Origin: Trichoplax adhaerens
Taxonomy: Eukaryota > Animalia > Placozoa
Direction: 5' to 3'
DNA length: 64,000 nt
NCBI RefSeq assembly: GCF_000150275.1
Contig: NW_002060956.1
Location: 1,548,280 to 1,612,279, forward strand
Positions 1-14,229 of the stretch are shown piece after piece. A model generated the notes under the pieces. The model did not search any database. It had not been told where the DNA came from and saw only the letters and a list, made by a program, of their open reading frames with translations. How positions within the stretch are numbered: position 1 is the first letter of the stretch; every line of letters starts with the position of its first letter. A program made the position numbers and the translations under genes.

Positions 1-1281
1 GGAATTAATCGAGAAAAGAGACTAAACTGTCTTTGTTCGTCTTAATGAATGATACTATCGTATGAGACAAAGTACAGTATAATCTCTATTTACTGTAGTT
101 TTATCGTTTTTCTTGCGGCAGATACCGTGTATAGTAGTAATTAATAATAACCAGACATGTACTGCAGATCCTTCAATATCCTCAATTTATTTAGTTAAAG
201 TTAAAAGTTACCGACTAAAAAGATCGAGTCTAATCATTAACTCTACACTAGCTCTGTCTCTAACTTAGCTTGTACAGCCTTAAATGATGCCAATTTTATG
301 CATTCATATTCTAGTATAGATTACTAATTTAAGACACTATATAAAGAACTACAGTATATATGTAAATCATGACAATTAATACTAAGGTTAGTCATTACTT
401 CAGAAATAATACCATACATGAACATAACCCGTGTAAGACTCACTAATATGTAAATTTTAATATTAATATTGTGGCAGAGTAACGATCTCAACTGATATTT
501 AATAACTATAAATTAAGGAGGCAAAGAATGTTATTACAGTATTTACACTCGCGATATACGTCTGTATCTATCGTAATTTCTCTCGTTTTAGGCTTGATTG
601 GTTATTATAAGTTGATTGTATCGATATTCTAAAGTTAAAACTATTTTAGCTATGAATAATGGAGCAAGTAATCTTAATTTTAAAGCATATCTAAACCATA
701 TAATTCAAGTCTAGGAGTAGAACGAGCCTTACTATAAAAAAGTTTAATTATAGTAATGTTACTTAACACACCAGAACATTCGATAAATTTTAAAATTTTC
801 GTTATACTTTACTGTAGCCTAAGCACTAAAATTCGAATAAAATCGACAGTGAACTGCGAGAATAGTACATGAAGAGGAAAGAGAGACTGATGATAAAAAG
901 ATACAGGCAACTTTTCAAGAGAATATAAACGAGCATTTTTATCACGATGAAACAAGTGTTGATTAAAGATAGTGACGATACTAAAGTATTATTAGAGGGT
1001 TTAATTACTTAACCCTAATTAAGGTTTCTGTATTATTTAGCGACCAGTAAGATTACTAAATTACGCTTGCATAGACATTGATGTATTATTCTATATTGGC
1101 AATTATTACGTTATATTGATCGGTAATATCATTAGTAATGTAAATATTGATGTTTTGCAATACTAATGATTGACTGCTTTTTAACAATATTGTAAGATAC
1201 GAAGTCATGCATTTTCGTTGCATTTCAAATAGCTGAGTTATTATTAGAGAATAAATGTCTTGTAGCTGAATAGTATATAAC

Positions 1282-1296
1282 ATATATATATATATA
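1282..1296. repeat. (AT)n microsatellite
   Basis: atatatatatatata. Confidence 0.8.
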
Positions 1297-1959
1297 CGGT
1301 AGCTCTCTAAATGAAATTGTAATGATATGTTGATTTCGAAATCTATTTACTTAACGATCGAGGAATGCAGACTTACTTAATTGGATTAATGTAATTCAAA
1401 TAGTGTCAAGATGGATCCATTGATAAGTTATCGAATGGAAAATACAGAAGTAGAAAGCGCTTATCATGAACATGGAAGACGCAGTTTAAGAGCCTTTTAC
1501 TCAGATTCCTTTTATTTTTCTAATTGCTAAATGACAGTTCAGAATTGAGCTACTGATACAATCAGAACTACAAATTTTTACCTATTTTGAGGAGTAGTTT
1601 ATTTTTAGGTGTAAAAAGTGATAATTCATGTCTAACAATGTATAAAATATTTGCTAATTGTTCAATAAAGGAGTACTATAACCCAGTTTTACAATTATAA
1701 GATCATGATTATCCGATATATTTCTGTTTAGGTGTATGGATTGCCTTGATATTAGGAAATGATTTCGCTTCTTTCTCTCTAAAATAGAAGAGTAATCGTA
1801 AGGATGTACGTAGAACTGTTATAAGCTAGTGTAGATTTTATTTCTATCCTTAAAATAATTATAAATGTTGCTTCATTAATCAAAATGATTATTGGATAAT
1901 TGAAAACTATATTAGATTAAATTATATGAAATTTAAGCTAAACTAGATCCTTACAGAGC

Positions 1960-2562
1960 TTAACAGAACAATTTGTAAGATAGAGGAGCGTAGTCGCAGT
2001 TGTATGGGTAGGAAGCGAAGCATTCAGCAGCAACTCTGTCGCATTCGCAGTTAGCGCGGTCACAGGTACCCCAGGCATCGTCTATAATTTTAAAGCAAAT
2101 GTGAATCTATCTAATAAACTATCTCAAGATCGATAATATGATCTATCGCCCACATTCAATCGAATAAATCAAAGTTAATTTATCCTACAATACATCCAAT
2201 ATTTGCAGTAATGTATATTGGAATTTAAATAACAGTAGTATAACAAAATTACCGCAAGTGATGCGGCCAGCAGAGTTTTTGTGCCAATCGTATGGGTTAA
2301 GAACTTCCCATTGCAAAAGGTTGCAACCAGTATCGCTATAGCAGTTGTCATGAGATCTGCAGCACTCGTCGATCTTGTCAACTGTTGCTGGGGTACTGAA
2401 GTAAGGTCCAAGACCGCACCAGTTACCATAGCCGTTGAAAGCCAAAGCACTACGGCCAGTAGTGTAAGAGATCATAGATTGGAAGTTAAGTGCACTACGG
2501 TCGGCATTTTTGGCCTCGCAGGCAACGAAGAGAGCGGCGATAACAAGGCAGAAAACCTTCAT
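1960..2562 (-). CDS. Secretory phospholipase A2 (group I/II/X-like), 2 exons: 2562-2253, 2081-1960; ~143 aa
   Basis: Signal peptide [17 protein letters not shown], short propeptide KNADR, Ca2+ loop YGNWCGLG, catalytic [11 protein letters not shown]. Exon 2 (phase-1 GT-AG intron) supplies [11 protein letters not shown] (Asp99 motif) and ends KLFC*. 12 Cys in the mature chain. Confidence 0.95.
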
Positions 2563-2644
2563 GATGATTTCTTTCTCTTTTTACACACGTCCTGCAAACG
2601 CTATGCTAGAAGATAGAATAAACTCGACGTTGGTAGGTAGCATC

Positions 2645-2652
2645 TTTATATA
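2645..2652 (-). promoter_or_regulatory. Candidate TATA box of the PLA2 gene
   Basis: TATATAAA on the minus strand, ~83 nt upstream of the PLA2 ATG. The AT-rich background limits specificity. Confidence 0.45.
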
Positions 2653-4134
2653 ACTTTTCATCCGGAGATGTTTGTTCAAGTAACTAGTATTAATCTGAAC
2701 AAATATTGAATTATTTGTGGAATTAAAATAAAAGTAGGTGGGATCTAAAATTAATCTGTAACTAGTCCATTTTGGAATTAGATGGGTTTACTAATTACAA
2801 TTGATTAATTATCTACTGAAGTCGAACTGCTTAAATATTTACGATTGCGTAATAGTATGAAATAAAAATTCAGTTTCAAGCACTATGCTTATACTGTTAT
2901 ATTATGGCCGCTAAAATGGATTTTATGCAAAGGCATGGAGTCATTCGATATAGGGAAATAATTAAGAGACCTATAAAGCTATACAGCATTGGATGTATAT
3001 CGGATTAAATGCCAATTACATCTATTTTCGATCGAATGTAATCGATATTGAGTAATACTCTTATACTATAAATATTAAATGTTCATTTTTAATTATTGTA
3101 CTGCTACAGTTTAGAATATTGTACTAGAAAGTCATAAAGTTTATATGGGCTTGTATGTCCAATTATCTATCGAAACAGAAAAGTGGATAATACGTATCTT
3201 TAATTTTTATTGTGTAAAACTATTGAAATTAAAATGGAATCTCATTATTTGATTTGCCTTTAGTATTTAGATGATATATAGATCAGGATTAGATTAGATC
3301 TAGGTTCATATTCGAGTAATTTAGCTTAGTCGTATTTCACATAGTTAATAATATCGGCGGTATACACGTATGCGTATACACGTATTTCGGCATTAGTATA
3401 TGGATTATATCAGGTTGATATCTCTTACTGGGCAATCTTAGATCGTATTTTGTAACGGAATGATTGAATCTATAATGTGATAAAGGTATAAGCTACAACA
3501 GCCCAAATTTATTAGAAACTGCATGTCTAGAATATTCTACCTGGCTCATCATTATATGAGTATATTCTGATTCCATTTGGTAACGTATCTCTGGCGGCAT
3601 ACGCGTATTTTAATTCGATTATCTAATAAGCTTATTTTTGGATGATTTGAAGTTCTTTGGAGTTTATATTACAGAGTTTTTCTCCAACTTTGTACGCAAT
3701 ATCTGGTTGTTCTTAGCATTATAGATCAGTAATATTTTCTTATACTATGTTACACATTACAATGGTATAGCGAACGATACTTCTATTAAGCGAATATCAT
3801 ACTATCATTATAATGGTAATAGAGATTTTACTTGGGATAAATTAAAATATAACATATAAATATAAATGATACATTATATATAACCTATTATTATAATTTG
3901 TGCATCATTTTTTTCTCCGTACAGTATGAGTGCAGACTATATTCGATGTACCTTAAATGGAAACGTAAATAAGGATTATAATTATTAGTAAGTCAGCAAA
4001 TCAGCAATATAGGATCGCGCTATTATGGAAGCTTCTGTATCACTTTATTAGTTACTGAAATTACAGAAATCGCAAATTGTAAATTTTTATGTAGTGGATC
4101 TTGATTGCAAAGGATAAAATTATAAGGAATACGA

Positions 4135-4323
4135 ACGGGTAGGTGGCAATTGGACAATATGATCATGTAGACCAACATCAATTACAGTAGTTACTTAAAA
4201 TCGAGGCATTGAAGCCAGTACTGTAGAAGATCATTGAGTGGAAGTTTAGTGCACTACGATAGGAAGACATTTTTTGCCTTGCAGGCAAGTGATCAACAAT
4301 AATAAGGTAGAGATCTGTTTCAT
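4135..4323 (-). pseudogene. Decayed duplicate of PLA2 exon 1
   Basis: The DNA aligns by eye to ~2400-2562 (e.g. gatcattgagtggaagtttagtgcactacg vs gatcatagattggaagttaagtgcactacg). It translates RSALNFHSMIFYSTGFNASILSNYCN*CW vs [29 protein letters not shown], with frameshifts in the signal/propeptide part and in-frame stops. Confidence 0.85.
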
Positions 4324-7300
4324 AATAACCTTCTTTTACATTCATCTCTTATAGATGTGCAACCATAATATAGAGAGAGCATCGGTAAAAGCTCAATCGC
4401 CGATATCACATTTAAATCTCTTATTAGCTTCATCATACAGAATTTCAGGTTGTTAAAATTGATGTTAGATCATCTCGATTGGGGCTGGATTAAGCTAGAA
4501 ATATATTATTAAAATGTATTGATGGCATCTGACAGTAATTCAGGCTTATCTTGTTATTATTACAATAAAATTTATAGGACTATCCCCCCTTATGTTAACA
4601 AATCTATTACTTATAGCCAATTAAAACATGATAGGTAAAATAAACACAGCATGAAAGGCTTTGATGACCGATTTAGTCATGTCAATAATTCTTATGTAAT
4701 AAGCCAGAAATATTTAAACGGCAATAATAAGAAATTACGCTTGCTTATCTAGTAGAAAATTGATTAATTCTTAATTTGAGTTATTTATGAATTAGCCCAT
4801 ATTTGTTTTTCGTTCCGTGATCTTATGCATTAAGATTTATCTGTTATGGTAATTTTTTCTTCATAAAATAAAATGGAATTAAAAAATATAATTGCTTTTC
4901 TCCGTATCACTAGTTAGCATACTATTACAGCAATTTTGTGAGAGTATTATCCGCGTAAACTATACAAATAAATGTTTTCTGGTAAAGAAAAGCTGTCTAT
5001 CATACTTTAGTAGTGTAATCAAATTGAAAAATGGAGCTGCACTGTTAGAGTCTTTGCATAAGGCAAGAAATTTCGACTTGTTCGAATTGCATTGATTATG
5101 ATTATACGTAAGGGGTCATTTCAGTTTAGAGTGAAATATAATTGATTTATTACTACGTAATTTACGACAATATTACTGATAAAATTAAGTTCTTTTAATT
5201 GATAGATTGTGATATCAAAAAGATTAGTGCCGTATTTTAATGTCTAATTGAAAAACAAAGATCTACAAATGAAATTATATTTACGATAGAAGCTTAATAC
5301 TTCAGTAAACATTAAGTAATTAGTGAAATGTCAATGATAAAACCCATTAGTAATTAGATACTCACCTAGATACTGATTCAATTTACGGTATCTGTTTAGT
5401 AGTATTCTTGCTACTACAGACTAAGATCATATGTTGACCGAGGATTAAATAAACTTTGCTAGTGAATAGATCTTTTCATCTTGCTTAGTTTACTTTGCTA
5501 TAATTAATAAAGTAGATATTTCAATAGTTAATACACTCATTAGCACGTTTGATCCATTATTTTTAGATAGATCTATCTATTTTCGTGTACCTAGTATGGA
5601 TATAGTCGGGATTAAGACGGATCGTAATCAAGGGATATAAACGGTAGAATAAATCTCCTCCTACTTTGTGGATAGTCGTGATAATTCAGTTACTAATGAT
5701 GCATTATGTATTCATGTTAATGTCAATAATGACTGAACGATGTGACAGCTAATTAGATCGGAACTTGATTAAGATTTTTTCTCTTAAGTAAGGCTATAGA
5801 TTAATTATTTTTTATTTATATTTTATGATAAAATCTTCATAGGCCAAGTTCATGCTTGTTATTCGTTTTGTTTTCCTAATAAAGTTCCTATCCCGATTTA
5901 CATGTTTATTGTTCAAGATTTCTTTACTACAATGAATTCTTTTCCATTTATCCATCTCCGTTTAGATGAAATTATTTATCTACGGTTTATTTTGAGAATC
6001 AGGAGGGAAAATTACTTTGATATGACCGTCAATTTTTATACGGTATACACTATGCACATTACCATCATCAGCGATCTAGTGTTTATTTACGGGTTAAATT
6101 TATGCGTATAAATCACCTGAGTGAGAAAGAAATATTATATTTTATGGGATAGATCAAGTGAGATCCTTATTTGATTGGCCTTCAAAAATATACACACCTT
6201 CCTGGACTATTGTATTATACGTAGTAAATTTTACTTTCGCGTCACCCAAGCTTAACCAGTATTATCATTTTTTAATATAAAGTTATACTATGGCCAGGCA
6301 AAGTCTTATCTAATAAAATCGACAGAGCAAAGAATATCGAGATTTATTGCATGTTCAGTGTTGTATCTCTTTCTATATTAAACGCTTTCTGGAAGAATTT
6401 TATCTAATTTTGCATGACATCTTGTCACCGTTAAGTTAATTCAGTTTCAGTATACTGCAAAGTCATAGTTTGCTTATGTAGGCATTAAATAATAAAGTGA
6501 TAACTTTTCAATCTCACGTTGTGAAGTATCTGCTATAAAAGCAAGTTGAAGATGTATTATAGAATTATAGTATTTGTCACTTTTATTAATAACTCCTTAC
6601 TGGTTTTCCTTATTGAAAAGGAATTAAGATTAAAAGCTGGCAATAAACGTGAAATGATCGATATATTTTTCAACGATAACTTACCTTAAGCTGCCTAAAT
6701 GTTTACGTTCTATTACTTTAAATGTTCGATTAGAGGGAATATAATCTTAAAGTTAGTGCAAATAGTGCATTATTATTAACTAGTCAGGATATGTATCTAT
6801 AACAGATACCTTAATGGGTTTTCCTGAGAGTTTTATAATGCTCTCATAGTAATATAAGATAGAAGCTAAGATATGTGTACCAGTGTAGTGGACTAGGCAG
6901 AATAAAATGTTTTAGAGAACAGTAACTGATGATGAAGCAGCTCAAGTGCAGCATGCTTAATTTTGGAATTTCATGAAATATGAGCCTTAATTACAGTAGC
7001 TGCAAGGACGCTACAAACGGTAATTTATTTTAACTAGAATGTAGATTCGAACAAGTTATTATTACTATCAATTTACGGGTTTATTACTGAGGATAATACG
7101 ATGTTTTACTGCGATCGTAGGTTTATAGCTCCTGTATATTCTATGTAGCGGCAGATAATTATATTAACGTGTTCATCAGTGCTCAGCAGCAAATAAAAAA
7201 TTAAAGTCAGCTTTTAATGTCGTTCAGTAAGAGTGGAATATGTATAGCGAAGGCCTTGCTTTGATAACTTACCAAGATACTTCTAAAAGATCTAATCAAG

Positions 7301-8293
7301 AATGAATAATGTCACCTAAAGTGAATATCTGGAGGTAAAATTTTAACAGCTTTACTGTGGAAAAATAAAACTCCTGAAATTATTTTCCATGCTTTTTCGC
7401 ATCACTACAATAAGTATTAGATACAAATATAATTTCTTCCCTGAAAAAAACTAGCTTGGTAGCTGGCTTGACTTTTCATAGAAATGATTTTTTACTAGAA
7501 TTTTACTCTGAGCGAAATAATTAAAAATGCATTTCGCTATGGCTAATTATTTATCCGTTGAAATTCGTGACTTGGTATCTACAAGTAATGGAGTAAATTG
7601 ATAATTTCGGACCATATTTATTATTGATTTATCTTTAAATAAAAAATTTGTTTGAAATTTAAGAGTAAATTTTGAATTCTGTAGAAAGTTTAAGCAACTT
7701 ATCCGAAACTTTACACTATTCAGTACACATTAGCGCATACTAAAAATATTAGTCTGCTTCCTTTAGGATAAGAACACATAAAAATTTTGTCCTAAGGGGT
7801 TCTGGAAGCATTATTTTATTATGGTAGCTAAATACGAATTCAGTACTTTATTTTGAGACATTGGAATATTTTAATATATTCGTTATTTTCACCATCATTC
7901 ATAATTACTTATATTTGATAAATTCGAAAGATAGAATATTAGAGCTGCATACAAAAGTATAGGTATGCTGGTTTTATTAACTACTGTATCCGTTACCAAG
8001 ACATGTAAGAACTGAATCCTAAATTTATACTTAATAATATGTTGGCAAAGTATTTAACTATGAATCAAAAATTATTTGCTATGATATATCAATAGAATAG
8101 GATAAAAAGTTGCTCTAAAATTAAAACTACATAGAGTTCATGCGCATAAGCATGCAGATATAAATAAAATAAATTAAAAATAGAAAATATTCAATCATTA
8201 ATCCTAGGTAGTTTATGGAAATTTTTGTACCCTTTGCTATTCGTTTCCAGGAAAAAAGTATAAGATTCCATTCGAATTATGAAATTACCATTT

Positions 8294-11200
8294 TTAGATT
8301 TTAGAAAAATTTATCGCGTAAATTACGGATGATGGTGTAATATCTCCGATAGATGTACAACCTGAAATTATCATTAAAATTCAATAGTTTAATCGGTGTA
8401 TTGCATTTAGGTAGTAAGTACGTACGTAAGAAAGTATTATCAGTTATATATTTAAATAAATGTTGAATTATAATTATCAAAACTACTGAATAAGCAAATG
8501 CTTATTTGTCTATTTCAAAGCTTTCGTAAACTTTAAGATTTTACGTGAATCTTGCTATAGATTTAAAGAGTAATACTATTCACCATTAACTGAAAGATTT
8601 TATAAATAATTCCCCACAAATTTTATAGAGTATTGTCTCCAGTAGTAGCAAATTGCCCATACTTTGCAATGTATACCTCCAGGATAATTAGCATAGGAAG
8701 CCTTCCTACTTTGTTAGATCATAGCTAGTTATTCGATAATTTAATTCTTTAGATCAGAATATTTTAATGTATTATCTAGCTTGTGATCTTCATAGCAATT
8801 CGAGGGTACGTTACAACTGCTAAATACGTATAAGGGAGGTGTTCATATTCTATCTGATGTAGTAACGTTATCCAACATATTAATTGCAATTATCACTTAA
8901 GAAGTGTCTCATTTCCTGTAATTGTTTAATAACTAACCTGCCAGCTGCATAGTTCTCTGGAGCTCTTCTTTCAGCAGTTGTAAAACTTTTTTCACGCCGT
9001 CAGAGCCCTACAATGAGTTAGAGTAACTAAAACTTACATGAATTGATTACAGGAATATAAAATTGCTTAGATTGCAACATGGATAGATCTGTCAAGAGGA
9101 TTGGCGTCTTCGACTTGGCTAATGGCTACACTAGCACAATGCAAAATAATTGACCGTTCTGCTATCCTTAAGTTAGTTAATGTTAAAGTCACAATATTCG
9201 GACGCTACAAATATTCATAGGTAATTATTAACAACAATTCCGACATAGTGCAGGACTTAATTCTATTAATGATGTTGTTGGAGATGAGATAGTTATTTCA
9301 TCTAGTAAACAAAGTAATTTATAGGATTAATAGATACATTTTACTGTCTTACGTTGTAGCAAAGACCCCATAATATCGGTCTGCCAATGAAAACAGCTCG
9401 AGCACCTAGTGCAAGTGCCTTAAATACATCGGTCCCGAGACGAAAACCTCCATCGACATAAATTTCTGCTTGTTCTTTAACTGCTTCGACAATTTCAGGA
9501 AGAACTTCAATCTAATCGCACATGTATTAATATTTAGGTTGTATGATTTATAATGTTAATAACGTATTTGAATTAGATAAACAAAATTCTAAGTTAAATA
9601 GAAAGATTTTGTAGGTTTTGGAAGGTATTTTACATACTGCAGTAGGGACGCCATCTAATTGTCGACCTCCATGATTTGAAATCCAGATAGCCTTGATGCC
9701 TCTCCTAATAGCTTCGCTAGCATCTTCAGCGGTTAGTATGCCCTTAACAATAACCTGTAGCGAAGTTATAGTTTGCAGCCAGCTTATGGATTCCCAGGTG
9801 ATTGAACCGTCAATTTGCATTTGGTAATTGTTGCTCCATCCACTATTCTCGACCTCAGTATCCACACCTTTGAATGAATTTGATGAAAAATTGGCAAGAT
9901 GCAAATGCGGAGGTAAATCAAATCTAAGAAAAGGAGAAATAATTATAAGCTTGTAGCATGGACTGCCGTTACTAAATAAGGACCTGGATAGTTGTAGTTA
10001 GCGTTGATTACGATTGTTTACAGTGCTTCTTTTGAAGTACATTCAATCCTTATGTTATCACTAGTTAGAAACCATATGATATAGGGCTTAATTAATAATG
10101 CATAAAATCTGGTCATAACATTATTATAAATCGCTAACCCTTGTCTTATTTCTTTTCTTCTATTACCAGCCACAGGCACATCTACTGTTACTACTAAAGC
10201 TTTAAATCCAGATCTTTCAGCTCTGTGAACAAAATTTCGTGTCAATTCGCGATCTGGAGAAACGTAAAGTTGGAACCATCTTAGTCCGTCTCCTGAAGCA
10301 ACCCCAACGTCCTCGATTGAAGTAGTGCTATATGTACTTAGGGTCATGCAGGTTTTCATAAATTTAGCAGCTATACCGTTAAAATAGAAGAACTTTTAGT
10401 TAATAGCGTAGAGTATGTCTACAACTAATTCTGTTGTAATCATTAAATCATGATATGACAAATTATAATCCAGTGCTATGGATAAATTTTAAGTTATTAG
10501 TATGCATGTGATGCGTAAATCGATTAAAGAAGGATTGGTAGTAACAAGTCTATAGAGTGTTGACCAGTAATATGCAAGAGTTTATTATAATTTAGAGGCG
10601 GCTATAAATTCTTTTTAACCTTGAGCTGTTGCAATTTCACCATCCGGATGAGCTAGCTTTTGCATGGCAGTAGGTGATATTCCAATTGGCATTTCAATCT
10701 TTCGACCAAGAATTGTGGTAGATAAATCCACGTTCGTTACATCGATCAGCATTCGAGGTCTGATTCGAATTCTTTCGTTATGATTGTTTAAGAGAAAGAA
10801 AAGGATTATGATCATCAATTTAAGGCGATAGGGCAATAGTCACAAATTGATTACAGATTATTTGGAAAGATATATCTCAATAATGCTATCTAAATGAATA
10901 ATAGTAATAGCCGTAGACTGCATTATCTACATACGCATAAGTCTTACGATTAATTATCAATATAATTATTAGAACTAATAGATGTCAAGTAAAGCTTTCT
11001 ATAGCCTACGATCTACTGTACTTTCAAATTATTCCAGGCATTCAAATCAGATTGTGACGGAGATAATACCGTTGTGAATGATATTAAAGTGCTGATGGGA
11101 CATGATGCAACAGATTATACTTCCCATAGTAAAAATCTTAAAACTTTAAAATGCAAGAATTACAACAGCAAATGATCGAATAAATTATACGTGCAAGAGA

Positions 11201-11704
11201 ATTAGGCCTTCCTACAGCATGGCTGTGTCAGTTTAAGTAAAAATTTAGCAGAATGTTGATGTACAGTATACACTATTCGAACATCTTTCGTGATTATTTC
11301 CATTAATTCTACGTATCATTGCTGCTAAAAATTAAATATAGATATTTTAAGGCAACTTTGCTTCCATTTGCTTTAGATATAATTGCTGCTAAGGATCAAA
11401 TACAGGAAAATAACTTGATTGCAACTTGAGGACAAGAATGAATGAATAGTAAATCTCATTGACTAGTAAGATAGGATGACGAAGTAGGCCAGTCTAGTTA
11501 GAATTGTAACTTGATTCAATTCTGGTATAAAGAGAAATTATCTTAAATACACTGTTTAGACAAAAATATCTACCTTTTGAATATTTCAACGTTATCTCGT
11601 AGTGTTTCCTCATCATCTGCTCCAACATTATAATAACTTAAAGCATTCTTACTTAAATTTTCGCTTGCAAACTGTTCAATGTCTCGAATGCATAGCGGTT
11701 GCAT
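8294..11704 (-). CDS. HAO: Peroxisomal FMN-dependent (S)-2-hydroxy-acid oxidase (HAO1/HAO2 family), 7 exons: 11704-11574, 10771-10620, 10370-10139, 9923-9638, 9511-9353, 9007-8938, 8361-8294; 365 aa
   Basis: Motifs [71 protein letters not shown]. All introns are GT-AG with consistent phase (1098 nt total). C-terminal SKI* is a PTS1-type signal. Confidence 0.96.
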
Positions 11705-14229
11705 TTCGTGTAGCTAAGAACGGATAATATAATGGTTTATTATACGTATGTATCAAATAGCTATATAAGTATTTTTGTAATCGAATATAGTCTTTTATAT
11801 CCTTCTCTGGCCGGTTTAAACGTAAAAGTCAAGTTATATCTTGGCAATTAGTCCCAATTTTGTTATTTAATTGCAGTCACTACGCCCTTAACTTTCGAGG
11901 GCGTTTACCAGGTCTAAAAGCAGCATATGGTACTTAAGCTGATATGGAGTCATAGTACAATTAATCGTGTTAGAACACTCCTATAGCCAGTTTAAACATC
12001 CTTTCTACTTCGGACAGATGGCCATCAACGACGCAGCAGATTTATTCATAATATGGAGACCCAAACGTGACCTGAGATAACAGGATACAAATAAGCAATC
12101 GTCGAGGAACGCTGGTATAAATCAGAATTCTTCCAAGCCATCCGCTAACACAACATAATATTTCAATCAAGAAAACTAGTTCAATAAAAATTTCTTTCTT
12201 TCCGAAATACTATACATATATATTTTTAAAGCTTGTATAATTTATTGATTGTAAATTACAATCGACCATTTTACAAGGATAAATTTTTAATTTTCTGGCA
12301 AAGTCCTATTCTATCGTTTTATGTTATTACAAACTACCTAATTTTTATCCCAGAAACTGACAAAGTAAAAATATACTATTTCATTTCGAAATGTATGGAT
12401 AACTTTAATACTTGTATAAATTCAACTGGTGGTAAATTATATTATAATCTACTAATTCACAAAAATTAATTTTTAATTTTCTCGGAAAATGCTATTTTAT
12501 CGTACAATTTTTTGGAAAATTGCATAGTGATATGTAGAGGAAGGATGAGTGGAAGTTATCTATTTTTTCCAGAAAATAAAATTTGTAGTAGTTAAAATTC
12601 ACTACTTGCAGAATGTCATCTATGATAAGAATGAATTATGTAATTATGAATTTCATTGGAATGGTCCTATATTTGTTGTAAATAGTGTTAGATATTACGA
12701 TATAGGTTACATTAGCTATTAGATAGAGCGTTAAGTATATGATTAGAATATCATCTATATAAGTACTTATAATATGAAGACTTGTATGTAGTCTTGCAGT
12801 ACCGTACATGATTATATTGTAAAAGGAGGACTGATAATTTATTATAGATAACCATTTGCATATGTTGTAAAGTAAACGATAGCTGCAATAGTTAGTAATT
12901 AGATTTATGTGTAAAATGCCAGGACGCAAAAAGGCAAAAGGTGTAAGCTGGAATATCTATAAATACCCAGCATTTTTTAATAATGAAGTTGGTTACAAAT
13001 CTTACTTGCGGAGTAGAACTCATTGCATAAAAACATAACAATATTCACAGTAGATTTAAGTGTATTTTTTGGTAGGTATGAAGGAAAACATGAGAGATCC
13101 CTAGTGTTAGGCGATTCCTATCGGAGTGAATACGTGATAATTCAGGTTCGATACTATCTTTCTTGTAAATTAGTAATGGGACAATCTCAGTTTATTGTGC
13201 TTTCAGAGTACGTTAAAGAATGAAGTTATCGCAAAATCTGGAAATTGGTAATGGTTAAAGAAATTATTACACAAGGAATTTACAATCATGCTAGTAGTAT
13301 TACTTTTCTTAAAATTTATTTAAGAAGATTATAACAGAGCATTACAAGTCAGTAATCTGAGTCTATATTTTGCACGTCCAGTTTACAACAGTAGTAGAAG
13401 TTAAGAAAGATTAAATAATCATATAGTCTCAATATGATCTACTAAAAATGAACTGATTGTAGACATAGAATTTTGCAATGCCGAATGAGCACTTTGTAAT
13501 GTTGTTTCTGTAACAGCAGATATCGTTTCAATACATGGATCAACTCTATGTTATTTTTACAAGTATGATTGAAAATTTTGAATCATATCGTTTACGCACT
13601 GTTATTTACGCCATTAAATGAATTAAAATGCCTAACATTTGATACCAGAAAAGAAATACTCCGAATTGAAATTAAGAAAAACAAAACATTTTGTCATAGA
13701 CATCTGGTAAAGCTTTATCAAATCATATAACATACTACGGTTTGGTTTTATACATAGTTTAATAAATAATTTTAATACCAATAGGCATAGCTACGGCTGG
13801 TAGATTTAGCTCTTAAAATTAAATGCTTTGTTTAATTATAATCATTTTTGTAATAAAAACGCTTACTGTGCTAAATCTTGAGCAAGCAATACTAAAATTA
13901 TACTGGTATAACTGATTATAGATCTTAAGACAGTCATTACCAATTACTAAATTTTTGTTAAATGTAAGGTGATCCATATGTCATGGACATTTATATGCAA
14001 TAAAGACGTTTACAAATTCAGTATAATTGCATTGTTGTGGATTCAATCAATATTCATTATGGAGTCACGATTTGTAAGTCTATAGTGCGACATAAAGAAT
14101 TACGAAATTGACCATTTTTAACGAGCTTATTTGATATGCAGTTTATTGAAAGTGATTAAAACATAAAGTTATCTTGCAGAATGAGAATCATAATATTTTT
14201 ATTTTATAATACAGATCAGGTTCCATGCC

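Noticed and set aside
853-966. Short acidic open frame on + (…VHEEERETDDKKIQATFQENINEHFYHDETSVD*), a possible terminal exon of a gene left of the window
   Set aside because: No convincing acceptor tract, upstream exon or recognisable homology.
2175-2616. ORFs 2175-2450(-) and 2281-2616(+)
   Set aside because: Alternative-frame and antisense shadows of PLA2 exon 1.
6920-6960. CTGATGA cores (also near 887, 20871, 61667) as hammerhead ribozymes or C/D snoRNA boxes
   Set aside because: I found none of the required flanking stems, GAAA core or paired boxes.
4892-8000. Short ORFs and AT-rich DNA between the PLA2 pseudogene and HAO
   Set aside because: Ile/Leu/Phe/Tyr-rich translations typical of random AT-rich sequence; no exon chain found.
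12180-12620. Repeated ttttc(c/t)..gaaaat motifs resembling STAT or heat-shock elements
   Set aside because: Too degenerate in a very AT-rich stretch to support.
13105-13165. GGTTCGA T-loop-like motif
   Set aside because: No tRNA cloverleaf, acceptor stem or A-box around it.
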